A stretch of DNA of 8,964 nucleotides from Octopus sinensis. Taxonomy: Eukaryota. The position numbers and the translations under genes are program-made. Shown here one piece after another: positions 7,355 to 8,964 of this stretch (the first letter of the stretch is position 1; every line of letters begins with the position of its first letter). The notes under the pieces were generated by a model. It did not search any database. It worked only from the letters and a program-made list of their open reading frames with translations, and had not been told where the DNA came from. The stretch covers positions 1-8,964 of the forward strand of contig NW_021828212.1 of assembly GCF_006345805.1 (NCBI RefSeq), given 5' to 3'.

Positions 7355-7905
7355 GCCGCCACGAATCATCGACGGAGCCTGCCTACCTGGTTGTACGACC
7401 TACGTTTAAATAGCAGCCAAATCGCCCCCAAATCACCCTCACACCGCCGCCTAAGAGAACGACACATCAAATGATGTTGTCATGGGTTTCTTTTATATAT
7501 ATAGAGAAAAAAGACGGGAGGGTCACAGCTAGAATGCCCTTGATCATAGTCCTGCTTGTTGAAGGCGCGTGGCTAAGTGGTTAGGGTGTTCGACTCACGA
7601 CCGCAAGGTCGAGAGTTCGATTCCCAGCGGTGTGTTGTGTCCTGGAGCAAGTTCCAATCTACACACCCGGCAAAAATGAGTTGTACCTGTATTTCAAAGG
7701 GCCATCCTTGTCATGTTCTGTGCCATGCTAAATCTCCCTGAAAACTACGTTAAGGGTTCGCATGTCTGTGGAGTGCTCAGCCACTTGCACGCTAATTCCA
7801 CCAGCAGACTGTTCCGTTGATCGGATCAACTGGAACCCTCATCGTCGCAAGCGACGGAGTGCAGCGATAGTCCTGCACGATCTGCACAGACCTGAGGTTG
7901 AACCA
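7355..7905 (+). mobile_element. Older interspersed repeat interrupted by the family 2 SINE
   Basis: Its 3' part matches the fragment at 752-826, and the similarity continues after the SINE at 7877-7903. The left boundary is uncertain. Confidence 0.55.
7556..7866 (+). mobile_element. tRNA-derived SINE, family 2, with a 10-bp TSD
   Basis: A box TGGCTAAGTGG (7570-7580), B box GTTCGATTCC (7615-7624), CORE-like TGTGTCCTGGAGCAAG, two 3' hairpins. Flanked by the exact direct repeat ATAGTCCTGC (7546-7555 and 7867-7876). Confidence 0.88.
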
Positions 7906-8138
7906 TATATATACAATTGCGCATGTTTAATTTTGCGTATAACAATATAAAAATTGCTGCTGCGGTTGTTGTTTAGCTTGAGGCCAGATCCTATGCTCAA
8001 GGACGATCCAACCGTGGCTATCCAGACTTTTTTCATTCTTTGCATATTTAGGATTACATTGTCCATTGTATCTTTTGTATGTTTGTTTTTAAAGATATTT
8101 GTGTTAATCTGAGAGAGATTTGACTGTTGTTTCTAGAG

Positions 8139-8368
8139 CCTCTTGTTGGTAGGGCAGACACTCGTTTGGTGGGAGAGGGATCCCCTTGCTTATAGGGGAG
8201 ACTCTCTTGTCAGAGTGGAAGTCTCTCTCGTTTGGTGGGAGAGACTCCCATGCTGACGGAAAAGACTCCCTTGTTGATAAAGAGACTCTTGTTGCTGGGA
8301 AATAATCCTTCGTTGATTGGAAAGACTCTCTCGTTGGTGAGAGAAACTTTTGTTGGTAGGAAATACTC
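8139..8368. repeat. Degenerate minisatellite, unit about 19-23 bp, about 11 copies
   Basis: Approximate consensus CTCTTGTTGGTGGGARAGACT. CTCGTTTGGTGGGAGAG is exact at 8161 and 8227; TTGTTGGTAGG occurs at 8143 and 8350. Confidence 0.8.
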
Positions 8369-8964
8369 CGCAGTGGGTTGTTAAAAATAGAAAAAACAAA
8401 TGTCAGCCGAACGAGAGAGAGAGAGAAAAAAACAAACGAATTAATAAATAAATCTATTTTTAACAATAACAAATCGAGAGAATATTTCGTTCTAATTTAG
8501 TTGGAAATATCTGATAAGTTGGGTTTTGTGAGACAAATATAATCAATAACAAAAAAAGATGTGAGGTTTTCTTGAAAAACAAAAGCAAAAACAAAAACGA
8601 TACAACTTCCGAACGATAACAAAATCGTAGGTTAGGTTTGTGTCTGGTGCACGTTCATTGAAGAAAGAATTGTCTTGTTAGTATTGTAACCAACACCTCT
8701 CGGAATATTTATAGCTTCAACGATCAAATAGAAGCAGTTGTTATATTAACTGTAAACTGTAAATCTGAGCAATGGAAGGGCGTGTTAGTTAGCAGCCGAC
8801 ATCAGATAAACAAACGATGGACCGCATTAAGATGGAGAAATAAACGAATAAGCAATTTAACAAACGGGAGAAAAATATGAAGGAATGAGAGAACTATTGC
8901 AAATTTCTCTACGGATCTGGTGGTGGTGATGGCTTGATTGAATAAATATGAATAACGGAGATGT

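Noticed and set aside
7564-7632. tRNA gene (Val/Arg-like, CTCACGA loop)
   Set aside because: A and B boxes are present, but the acceptor and anticodon stems do not pair properly, and the sequence continues into a SINE body bounded by a TSD.
8139-8368. CRISPR-like array
   Set aside because: Units are contiguous and degenerate with no unique spacers, there are no cas genes, and the context is eukaryotic.
8370-8964. Unique A-rich sequence as a possible exon or promoter
   Set aside because: No sustained ORF, convincing splice pair or motif cluster; it cannot be assessed without conservation or expression data.

Overview
Repeat-dense, microsatellite-rich animal genomic DNA, intronic or intergenic, with no supportable host protein-coding gene. 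The repeat families look like octopus repeats; this is recognition from memory, not a database result. Contents: four copies of one tRNA-derived SINE family (A 1370-1820 minus, B 3200-3749 plus and rearranged, C 3751-4185 minus, D 6033-6447 plus); a 5'-truncated, frameshifted CR1/L2-group LINE (4566-5869 plus); a second tRNA-derived SINE (7556-7866) nested in an older repeat with a 10-bp target-site duplication; a minimal type I hammerhead ribozyme motif (569-604 minus) in a probable Penelope-like fragment; and many micro- and minisatellites. The main result is that the LINE 3' end and the SINE 3' end share a sequence and a compensatorily varying two-hairpin structure, which points to a LINE-SINE partner pair visible within this one window. 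All ORF-track entries outside the LINE appear to be low-complexity or repeat artefacts.
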